From Octopus sinensis (lineage: Eukaryota), in NCBI RefSeq assembly GCF_006345805.1, contig NC_042997.1, positions 121,396,001-121,460,000 of the forward strand: a stretch of DNA of 64,000 bases, written 5' to 3'. The position numbers and the translations under genes are program-made. Below are positions 53,375 through 64,000 of this stretch, in pieces (within the stretch, counting starts at the first letter, position 1; each line of letters starts with the position of its first letter). A model generated the notes under the pieces. That model worked only from the letters and a program-made list of their open reading frames with translations, did not search any database and was not told the origin of the DNA.

Positions 53375-53790
53375 TCTATATATAAAACTGAGAATGTGTG
53401 TCTGTCTGTCTGTCTGTCTGTCTGTGTGTTTCCCTAAAACTTGAGAACTACACAACCAATTTCATTCAAATTTTACACATGCCTTACTTAATATCATCGG
53501 GGAGTATCATCGGCAAAATAATCTTAACCTAGGGCGACCCCACAGCAATATCATATCTTCTCCATTATTCGAGTATTACGTGTTAAAAGTGAAACAAAAA
53601 CATCTCTGTTTTGTAATGCAGACACTTTCACTATTAAAGTGAAAGTATTATATAACAGGGATGACCCATTAACAATGGTCATCCATTTTGCTAGAAGATC
53701 CGCTATGGTCTTATATGCTACACCACTGGTTTTCAATTCATATTAATCAAATTAACATTCAATTTTTCAACCTTATTATGTGTGTGTGTG
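53375..53790 (+). mobile_element. Helitron-like 5' terminal segment (non-autonomous)
   Basis: TCTATATATAAAACTGAGAATG followed by (TCTG)n and CAACCAATTTCATTCAAATTT resembles 5' ends of animal non-autonomous Helitrons; no 3' CTRR end found. Confidence 0.45.
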
Positions 53791-53795
53791 TGTCT

Positions 53796-56700
53796 GTATT
53801 TTTCAAAAATTTTTGACAAATTTTTTGAAAATTTTCCCTAAAAAGTTTTGAAAAACTTTTTCAAAATTTTTGAAAATTTCCCCAAAAATTTTTGAAAACT
53901 TTCCCCAAACATTTTTCAAAAATATTTCGAATATTTTCCCCAAAATTTTTTGATAAATTTTTTGAAAATTTTCCCCAAATTTTTTTGAAGATTTTCCCCA
54001 AAATATGGAAAAATTTTTTGAAAATTTTCCCCAAAAATTTTCCAAAAATTATTTGAAAATTTTCCCTAAAAATTTTTGAAAGATATTTTGAAAATTTTCC
54101 CCAAAATATTTGAAAAACTTTTTCAAAATTTTCCTCAAAACTTTTTGAAAATTTTCCTCAAAAATTTTTTTAGAAATTTTACCCAAACTTTTCCCCAAAA
54201 ATTTTTGAAAAAGTTTTTGAAAATTTTCCTCAAAAATTTTTGAAAAAGTTTTTGCAAATTTTCCACAAAAATTTTTGAAAAAGTTTTTGAAAATTTTCCT
54301 CAAAAATTTTTGAAAAAGTTTTTGCAAATTTTCCACAAAATTTTTGAAAAATTTTTTGAAAATTTTCCCCAAATTTTTTTGAAGATTTTCCCCAAAAAAC
54401 GGAAAAATTTTTTGAAAATTTTCCCCAAAAATTTTCAAAAAATTTTTTGAAAATTTTCCCTAAAAATTTTTGAAAGATATTTTGAAAAATTTTCCCCAAA
54501 TTATTTGAAAAACTTTTTCAAAATTTTCCTCAAAACTTTTTGAAAATTTTCCTCAAAAATTTTTTTAGAAATTTTACCCAAACTTTTCCCCAAAAATTTT
54601 TGAAAAAGTTTTTGAAAATATTCCTCAAAAATTTTTGAAAAAGTTTTTGCAAATTTTCCACAAAATTTTTGAAAAATTTTTTGAAAATTTTCCCCAAAAA
54701 TTTTTGTTTTATTTTTTGAAAATTTTCCCCAAAAGTTTTTACAAAAACTTTTTGAAAAACTTTTTGAAAATTTTTCCTAAAAATTTTTTTTTTATTTTTT
54801 GAAAATTTTTGATAATTTTCCCCAAAAATTTTTTGAAAAATTTTTTGAAAATTTTACCTAAAATTTTTGAAACATTTATTGAAAATTTTCCCCAAAAGTT
54901 TTCAAAAATGTTTCGAAAATTTTCCACAAAATTTTTGAAAAATTTTTGAAAATTTCCACAAAATATTACAAAAAGTTTTTAAATTTTCCCCAAACTTTTC
55001 AAAAATTTTTTGAAAATTTTCCCCAAAATTTTTTTGAAGATTTTCCCCAAAATATGGAAAAATTTTTTGAAAATTTTCCCCAAAAATTTTCCAAAAATTT
55101 TTTGAAAATTTTCCCTAAAAATTTTTGAAAGATATTTTGAAAATTTTCCCCAAAATATTTGAAAAACTTTTTCAAAATTTTCCTCAAAACTTTTTGAAAA
55201 TTTTCCCCAAAATTTTTTTAGAAATTTTACCCAAACTTTTCCCAAAAATTTTTGAAAAAGTTTTTGAAAATTTTCCTCAAAAATTTTTGAAAAAGTTTTT
55301 GCAAATTTTCCACAAAATTTTTGAAAAAGTTTTTGAAAATTTTCCTCAAAAATTTTTGAAAAAGTTTTTGCAAATTTTCCACAAAATTTTTGAAAAATTT
55401 TTGAAAATTTTCCCCAAATTTTTTTGAAGATTTTCCCCAAAAAACGGAAAAATTTTTTGAAAATTTTCCCCAAAAATTTTCCAAAAATTTTTTGAAAATT
55501 TTCCCTAAAAATTTTTGAAAGATATTTTGAAAATTTTCCCCAAATTATTTGAAAAACTTTTTCAAAATTTTCCTCAAAACTTTTTGAAAATTTTCCTCAA
55601 AAATTTTTTTAGAAATTTTACCCAAACTTTTCCCCAAAAATTTTTGAAAAAGTTTTTGAAAATATTCCTCAAAAATTTTTGAAAAAGTTTTTGCAAATTT
55701 TCCACAAAATTTTTGAAAAATTTTTTGAAAATTTTCCCCAAAAATTTTTGTTTTATTTTTTGAAAATTTTCCCCAAAAGTTTTTGAAAAACTTTTTGAAA
55801 AACTTTTTGAAAATTTTTCCTAAAAATTTTTGAAAGATATTTTGAAAATTTTCCCCAAAATATTTGAAAAACTTTTTGAAAAATTTTCCCCAAAAGTTTT
55901 TGAAAATATTCCTCAAAAATTTTTTTAGAAATTTTACCCAAACTTTTCCCCAAAATTTTTGAAAAATTTTTTTGAAAATTTTCCTCAAAAATTTTTGAAA
56001 AAGTTTTTGCAAATTTTCCACAAAATTTTTGAAAAAGTTTTTGAAAATTTTCCTCAAAAATTTTTGAAAAAGTTTTTGCAAATTTTCCACAAAATTTTTG
56101 AAAAATTTTTTGAAAATTTTCCCCAAATTTTTTTGAAGATTTTCCCCAAAAAACGGAAAAATTTTTTGAAAATTTTCCCCAAAAATTTTCCAAAAATTTT
56201 TTGAAAATTTTCCCTAAAAATTTTTGAAAGATATTTTGAAAATTTTCCCCAAATTATTTGAAAAACTTTTTCAAAATTTTCCTCAAAACTTTTTGAAAAT
56301 TTTCCTCAAAAATTTTTTTAGAAATTTTACCCAAACTTTTCCCCAAAAATTTTTGAAAAAGTTTTTGAAAATATTCCTCAAAAATTTTTGAAAATTTTCC
56401 CCAAAAATTTTCCAAAAATTTTTTGAAAAATTTTTTGAAAATTTTCCCCAAAAATTTTTGTTTTATTTTTTGAAAATTTTCCCCAAAAGTTTTTGAAAAA
56501 CTTTTTGAAAAACTTTTTGAAAATTTTTCCTAAAAATTTTTTTTTTATTTTTTGAAAATTTTTGATAATTTTCCCCAAAAATTTTTTGAAAAATTTTTTG
56601 AAAATTTTACCTAAAATTTTTGAAACATTTATTGAAAATTTTCCCCAAAAAGTTTTCAAAAATGTTTCGAAAATTTTCCACAAATTTTTGAAAAATTTTT

Positions 56701-56822
56701 TGAAAATTTTCCACAAAATATTACAAAAAGTTTTTTAAATTTTCCCCAAAACTTTTTCAAAAATTTTTTGAAAATTTTCCCCCAAAATTTTTCAAAAATG
56801 TTTGGGGAAAATTTTCAAAAAA
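53796..56822. repeat. A/T-tract satellite with higher-order repeats
   Basis: Subunits like TTTTGAAAATTTTCCCCAAAA; rare marker words recur at about 393, 709 and 1045-1049 bp spacings. Confidence 0.92.
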
Positions 56823-57157
56823 TATATATATACTTCAATAGAAGAAGGAAAATAATCAAAGAATCTGGATAATTATGTTGTTATTGGCAAGAAATAATGC
56901 ATTTCTGTTGTATGTATGTATATATGCATGCATGTATGTATGTATGTATGTATGTATGTATGTATGTTTGTATGCATATGTGTATGTATGTATTATGTAT
57001 GTATCGATGCTTGAAATTGTAGGCTACAGTTTTAGACCTTGGTACAACAAATATGCGTAAGGACAAATCACTTTAAGGATATGGCCTCAGGTTTTATTAA
57101 CTGTTTCTGATCCTTTTTTATAATATAAACCCCAGCGATACTAGGTGTTACTGCTAC

Positions 57158-57207
<50 letters not shown>

Positions 57208-57869
57208 ATCTGTGTGTGTGTGTGTGTAATATACATACATGCATACAAAGAAAGAAACAGTCATCAGGAATGTACGTATGTACATACTTGATGACTGCAA
57301 CTTAATTTTGATCAATGCCATTGCTTAAGCATAAACAGAATGGTTATGGCTTTCCATTACCGCTCGAGATCTTCATTTTTTTGCATAGATGTGGCAATGA
57401 TGGATGCCTCTTGAAGCAGCTGTTCAGAGAACATATCACCCATTGACGCATGCTTTCATTCCATCATGGAATTTTTCGTTGAGTATTTTTTTTCTTTTTC
57501 GGTTATAGCCAGTCATATGATGCAACTCATAATGGAGACGTTAATAGAGATATTAAATAATCAAGCGATTCGTGTACCTGAAACATTTTGTAATAAGGAA
57601 AGGCCTCGTACAAGGTTGATCTAGGTCTCTAAATAACGTATGCAATTACCTAAAATTAAAGAGTTGTCTAAATCATTGAATGCAAACAAAATTGCACATG
57701 TTACATCGGCGTTTTCTTTCTGGAGAGACTGACTAAACGATCTGGATGAAGAACTTTCGTCATTTTCCTTCTACTAACAAAGGCTCTCAGTGCAGTTCTA
57801 TGGATGATGTCCCTGAGAGAGTCCCGTATATATATTATATATATATATATATAATATATATATATATAT

Positions 57870-57922
<53 letters not shown>

Positions 57923-57956
57923 ATATATATGTATATATATGCATGTGTGTGTGTAG

Positions 57957-58390
57957 GGAGAATTCACAAATAAACAAAAGACAAAGACAAGTGATGTAGA
58001 CCACAAACAGATGTATTAGTATAACGCTCGGGAAGTGAAAAACTATTTAACGTTTCGAGCCTACGCTCTTCCACAGAAAGGAACGCAGAAAGCGATAATT
58101 GGAAAAAGCAAAAAGTACAAAAAAAGTTTAGAAAGTATAAAGAAGTTACGAAAAGTTCAAAAGCTTCAGACGTCGTGGTGTATTGGAGCGATTTTTCATC
58201 AACAGACGAGTCCATTGTAATCCATAGGCAGGAGAGGTCCAGCTGAAGTGTAGAAAATCCAGTAGAAGTCCAAAAAGCGGAACAAGAACGTAACGGACGA
58301 CAGTGTAAACATACGAACAGAAGGACGATACAAAGACGGACAAGAAAACCAGAACGGAACATTCGCGGCTTTCTATTCATCATTATCATT
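57957..58390 (-). mobile_element. PLE-type terminal repeat with A6U HHR-like motif at 58046-58079
   Basis: Minus strand TTT-CTGTGGA-A-GAGC(GTAG)GCTC-GAA-ACGT-T-AAA; homologous to 38900-39062; abuts a (TG)/(TA)n tract. Confidence 0.65.
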
Positions 58391-60734
58391 ACAGTTTCGG
58401 CCTTTTACACTTGAGACTGTTCAAAATTGGTAGGCACCAAGGACGTTAAATTTTTGAAAGAAAGCGGGCGAATATGTGCGACGACACGGACAAAAAAAAA
58501 CGAGAAAACGAGGAAAATGTTATATGATTACCAATACATACAACAAGAATAACAACAGGTGTCTTTCGACTGCAAGGACAAGCTGGCGTGTGAAGTGGAA
58601 ACCTTGCGGCAACAAATATAGATGAAAGTGAGGAAACAAGAAAAGGTGTTGTGCAAGCGACGGTCAGGCCAAGAAAGAAAGATCATGCTTGGCTAAGCAC
58701 CGGTAACGTGGGAGAAACAAAGAGCGGTAAGGAGCTGAAGGATTGAAGAATTAGGGAAGGAACTGGAGAGAGAGCGCGAGAGAGAGAGCGCGGGAGAGAG
58801 AGGGGAAATGTACAAGGAAGATAACTGAGGAAAGTAGAGAGATTAAAGAAAGAGAATGCTAAGAATTGTGAGTGAGGAGGGGGCGAGAAAGTGAATGCCA
58901 GAAAATGCGAACGCGCAAGCACACACACACACTGGCAGACACATTCACACTCATTTCGAAAATGTGACGGTGTCGACGTGGTGGTATAAAATGTCGTTTA
59001 CGATAGCTGACTTATAGAAAAATGTAATGCAAGATTTTTGTAATGCAAATACGTAAATGAAAGTAAACATTTTTTGTAACCGAAAGATTACTGAACCTTT
59101 TGATAAGTTAACTCCATACGTCAAAATCAGCAACTTTATATAAAGCAGAGTTTATGCGCGTATCTGTGTATGTGTGTGTATTTGTGTGTGCGCGCGCGTG
59201 TGATGCGTATGTTCCTTATGCATTCGAAAACTTAGTTACCGATTTTGATGCATGGGGTAGCAAAAGGTTCGGTAATCTTTCGGCTACCAAATAATCTTTA
59301 TTTTCATTTACGTATTTGCATTACAAAAATTTTACATTATATCTCTCTATAAGTCAACTATCGTATTATAACACCACGTCGACAACGTCACATTTCTATA
59401 TGAGTGTGTATGTGTCTGTCAGTGTGTGTGTATGTGTCTGCCAGTGTGTGTGTGTGCGCGTTCGTTACGTACGTTAGACCGATAACTAAGAAGTATATGT
59501 GTGTGAGTGTATGTGAGGGTGTATGTGTCTGTCAGTATACATTTTTGAGACGACTGACACACACACTACACATACACACACATCTAAAGGCAGAGACAGT
59601 CACAGAGAGAGACAGAGATAAGCCTGAGGTGCGAGTGAATGCATGTCTGTGTGTGTCTGTCTTAGAATATGAGTGACTGTACCGCCCAACAGTGAAACGC
59701 GCCGATTTTGAAAGTGTTTAGTTTAGTTGCAGCCTAAACTTTGAACAAGCTACCAACTCCTCATTGAAGTACCACTGACTAGATTTTTTTTTTCATCATG
59801 GAGAGCTGCGGTTTAAATGGCCTTAACGATTATCACTACTTATCTGCTGGAATATTATTCTGGATTTTATAACCAGCATGAAGATTTGGCTGATTTGACA
59901 GCCTCCACAACATTCGCAAATACATCCGATGAAAATATGTTATTCTGGTTATTATAGCACATTCTGAAACTTGGTGAAGTAGAAAGCCTTAGCAGCTTTT
60001 TCAATATAATTAAAGAGACGTTATTCCAGTCAGTAAACTTTATATGCCAACGGAATGTGGCATGTTCCAGTCCATATAACCTGTTTGATGATGCTTTTTT
60101 AGAAGTCTTACCGTCATTATCCTATTCCTGCTATGCTGCTTCAATAGTGTTAGTATTTAGCGCCGAGAGAACTTTTTACTGCGTTAGGTAGTATTTTGTC
60201 TACAGCCTATAACCGTATACAGTAAAAATATATAGTAAGTAATGTCAAATTAATTTATGTCTTACTACATACATCCTTCACCAAATGTGTTAAATTAATT
60301 AACTTTCACAACAGCAACATATTCCTTTGTACACTCTTTGTTCAGCGTTCGTTTAAAAATTGCAAAAAAAAAAATTATTCTTGTATGAAAAATGGAATCA
60401 TGTCTTCTGAATTTTCTTGCAGTTTGACTTTCTTTACCGTGACATTTAATCCTGGATTTTATAATATTTAGTACATGTTCCAAATAAATATTGTGTTTCT
60501 GTACTTTGTTACATTGGTGACGCATAGTAATTTTTGCTAAGTTGGTGGCTTGCTAACGCTAAAAAAATCTATAGTATAACTACGCTACAGACAGTATGTT
60601 TTGCACCTACATTGACTACATTTCATTTTGCATGAACTTCGTGTGTGTACGCTTTGCAGTTTTCAGTATTATCAATTCTATGTGTGTCGTTCGTTAAGTC
60701 TTTAGTAAATTAAAGTGAAGGACATTTTACGTTG

Positions 60735-62232
60735 TTTTAATGAGCCCACATCTAATGAAGCAGCCATCCTTATGGTAGGTGTTCCCCATGAAAATCGTGA
60801 TATTCTCATTCGTGCTCAAGATAGCCTTAAACACTTGTGATTCTCTCCAGTATCCTCGCATTTTGAGGACTGGATAAGATGGGTATCATTTCAATATTCC
60901 TGCAACAGGAGAACCAATTACAAGTTGTCGTCAAATGATTTCTATTTTTACTAAGTGATGTTAAGACCAGAGCAATCCAATCAATTACACACGTATTGTG
61001 TTCTATTTCAGCAATACTTGGATGATATGTATGCTAAAGTTGAGAGTCAGCATTTCCCCTATATTAGTAAGAATCAGAAAAAGTTAAGGGCTAAAAATTA
61101 TGTTCATCTCCAAGATGATCTGAGGACAGATGGTGATATTCAAAACCTGGGGCAACTTATAATCCTCCCATCATCATTCACAGATGGTCCTCGATATATG
61201 CAAGAACGAATACATGATGCTATAACATACGTGAGGACATATGGAAAACCAAATCTTTTTGTCACTTTCACCTGCAATCCTAAATGGGAGGAAATAAAAT
61301 CTAACCTTCTAGTGTTACATCTTCTGGTATGACAGCTATCCTCCTCAATGAGGGACAAAAACTGCACATTTCATGTTCAAGCTCCCTCTAAACCTTGCAA
61401 TGAAAGAATCTCAAATATGCAACCTTTCCCAAATCTCTGCAATGGCAATAGTTCCCCCCAAAACTTGCCTGATTATTTGGGATGAGTGCATTGTTATGGC
61501 GCTCCAGAGGTATTTCACCATGCCCTCCAAGACATAAAAAGCAATAACATGCTCATGGGAAGAGTAACAGTTCCTCTTGCTGGAGATTTTTGTCAAACGT
61601 TGCCAGTTATCCCCAGAGGATCAAAAGCTGATGAGGCTAATGCATACTTCAAAAAATCGTACCTTTGAAGACATGTGGAAAACTTTCATCTTACAAGCAA
61701 CATCAGAATACTTCTACAAGGTGATCATACGAGCTTCTGAAGATAGGTAATGGGATATTAACATTCAACTAAAGACTTCAGCTCCATGAAATTACATGCA
61801 GTCAAATGATACTTTCTCTTGGGGATCTTATAGATAAAGTATTTCCTAATTTATCTGTCAATTACACTGATGTTGCTGGCAAAAGTCAACAGATACATCA
61901 CATATGACTTTTCGATTAATTGACAACAGTCAATCAAGATCAGGTAGTTCAATGCCCTATTGAATACCTGAACACACTTAAACCCAGCGGGATACCAGCG
62001 CATAACTTGACACTAAAGCTGAGTGCTCCTATTATGTTGCTTAAGAATCTTGACCCATCTCACCTGTGAAATGCAACTCGTTTAATTGTTATTTCTATGA
62101 AGCCTCACATCCTACAGGCAACAATTGCAACAGGTAATCACAAACAAGAAAATGCCTTTATTCCAAAAATTCCACTCGTACCTACAGATGTTCCATTTGA
62201 ATTTAAGACGCTTGTTTCCAGTTAAACTATCC
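60735..62232 (+). mobile_element. Decayed Helitron: Rep and PIF1-like helicase remnants with internal deletion
   Basis: LFQQYLDDMYAKVE, ILPSSFTDGPRYM, YGKPNLFVTFTCNPKWEEI; then IIWDECI, LAGDFCQTLPVIP, HNLTLK...PIMLLKNLDP, FIPKIPL.PTDVPFEFK. Confidence 0.9.
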
Positions 62233-62470
62233 TTTTATTATTTTATTTGTTTCAGTCATTTGATTGCGGCCATGCTAGAGCACCACCTTTAGTCGAGCAA
62301 ATCGACCCCAGGACTTATTCTTTGTAAGCCTAGAACTTACTCTATCGGTCACTTTTACCGAACCGCTAAGTGACGGGGACGTAAACATACCAGCATCGGT
62401 TGTCAAGCGATGTTGGGGGGACAAACACAGACACACAAACATGTACACACACACACACACACATTTATAT

Positions 62471-62504
<34 letters not shown>

Positions 62505-62625
62505 CATATACGATGGGCTTCTTTCAGTTTTCGTTTACCAAATCCACTCACAAGGCTTTGGTCGAGGCTATAGTAGAAGACACTTGCCCAAGATGCCACA
62601 CATTGAGACTGAACCCAGAGCTATG
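62233..62625 (-). mobile_element. tRNA-SINE (21278 family), head partly missing
   Basis: Reverse complement of the body and tail of 21278 and 41742. Confidence 0.85.
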
Positions 62626-62948
62626 TTTTGTTTTTTTAGTTAACAAGTCTCAGGGTCAATCTCTGAAGATAATTGCACGTGATCTCTCAACTATGCTTCT
62701 CCCATGGCCAAACATGTTGCATGTTCGTGAGATGAATGCAGCAACAACTTATTCATTTCGACACCAACAAAAAGTTACACAATGAATATTGTTTACCCTG
62801 AGGGGCTTCAAAATTGACAGATTTTCAGTCCGAAATTCTATTGTCATTACAATTTGGTTATTTTAAAATCAAATATAGATATTTTGAAATAACTATAAGA
62901 ATATATCTTTATATTTATTGTTTACTAATCTGAATATGAACAGCTAGG

Positions 62949-62991
<43 letters not shown>

Positions 62992-62995
62992 CAAT

Positions 62996-63511
62996 ATTAA
63001 ATCTCTGCGTATGAAGGAAACGGTAGCAGTACAGAATAGTAAAATATAATTGCCAACTATATGTGGCGGTTCCATTGAGGACGATGCTACTGTTGTTTTT
63101 AGCCCCAAATAGACATCTCCTCCAGCTGGCTAACGACACGCTATCTATGTCCGATTACTATTTGCGAGGGGGAATCATCGTTCCCATCTCTAGCCTTATG
63201 TGATACACATAGACCCGGGTTTCTGAATATTAACCCGTCATTAGTGTGTGATAATTAAGAGCTAGTGGTGAAAACTGATTAAAAATACTATATGCTTTTT
63301 CTGATGACGAGCTGTCGCTGATCTCGAAAGAGGAGAAATATGCAAGATTAAAGCTCTGAGCGAGAAGTAAAGAGTAGCAATACGGAATGGTAAAATATAA
63401 CTGCAAGCTAAACGTGGTGGTTCCATAGAGGACGATACTACTGTTGTTTTTCCCCAGGAGGACATCTCCAGCTGGTTAACGATACACTGTGCCCGATTAG
63501 TATTTGCGAGG
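62996..63511 (+). repeat. Diverged direct duplication of about 170 bp
   Basis: 62996-63169 and 63347-63511 share GTAAAATATAA, GGTTCCAT.GAGGACGAT.CTACTGTTGTTTTT, CCAGCTGG.TAACGA and TATTTGCGAGG. Confidence 0.8.
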
Positions 63512-63813
63512 ATGATTAAGCATTGTCCTCAATGGGACTGTCACATTTAGTTGGCAATTATATTTTACGATATATATGTATATATATCGTAAATGTATGG
63601 AGAATATTGTGCGAGGGATCTTTCACATTTTATCTTCAATTACGATAGAAATAATTTTACATTAATCTGAGAGGTTACTCTATACTTTTGTAGAGTACAG
63701 TTTTATTATTCACAGCAGAAATATTGAGAGTGTTTTCGAAGTTTCGGCCATCGTTGAACTATATATAACATATATACATATATTATATATGTTTATATAT
63801 GTATGTGTGTATA

Positions 63814-63984
<171 letters not shown>

Positions 63985-64000
63985 TTCGATGTTTACTGAT

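Noticed and set aside
53803-56716. Long K/F/N-rich ORFs
   Set aside because: They are translations of the A/T-tract satellite.

Overview
This is eukaryotic, AT-rich, repeat-dense DNA. The tRNA-derived SINE families and the very high density of (TA)n, (TACA)n, (AAT)n and (GAT)n tracts suggest an octopod cephalopod (inference). I recognise no host protein-coding gene; most ORFs in the track are microsatellite read-throughs. The window is a mosaic of transposable elements: many tRNA-SINEs, RTE, CR1-like, Tx1/L1-like and R4/Dong-like LINE remnants, mariner, a nearly intact DD37D (maT) element, piggyBac, Merlin and Helitron remnants, several Penelope-like element (PLE) pieces and a 3-kb A/T-tract satellite with higher-order structure. 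The main unexplained signal is a set of type I hammerhead ribozyme (HHR) motifs from at least four PLE-associated repeat families. These include a 502-bp near-perfect palindrome carrying one HHR on each strand. They also include a repeated unit of tRNA-like A/B-box head + (AAT)n + minimal HHR that appears to be the terminal repeat of a GIY-YIG PLE, and an A6U core-variant HHR-like motif. All folding and alignments were done by eye, and many boundaries are approximate.
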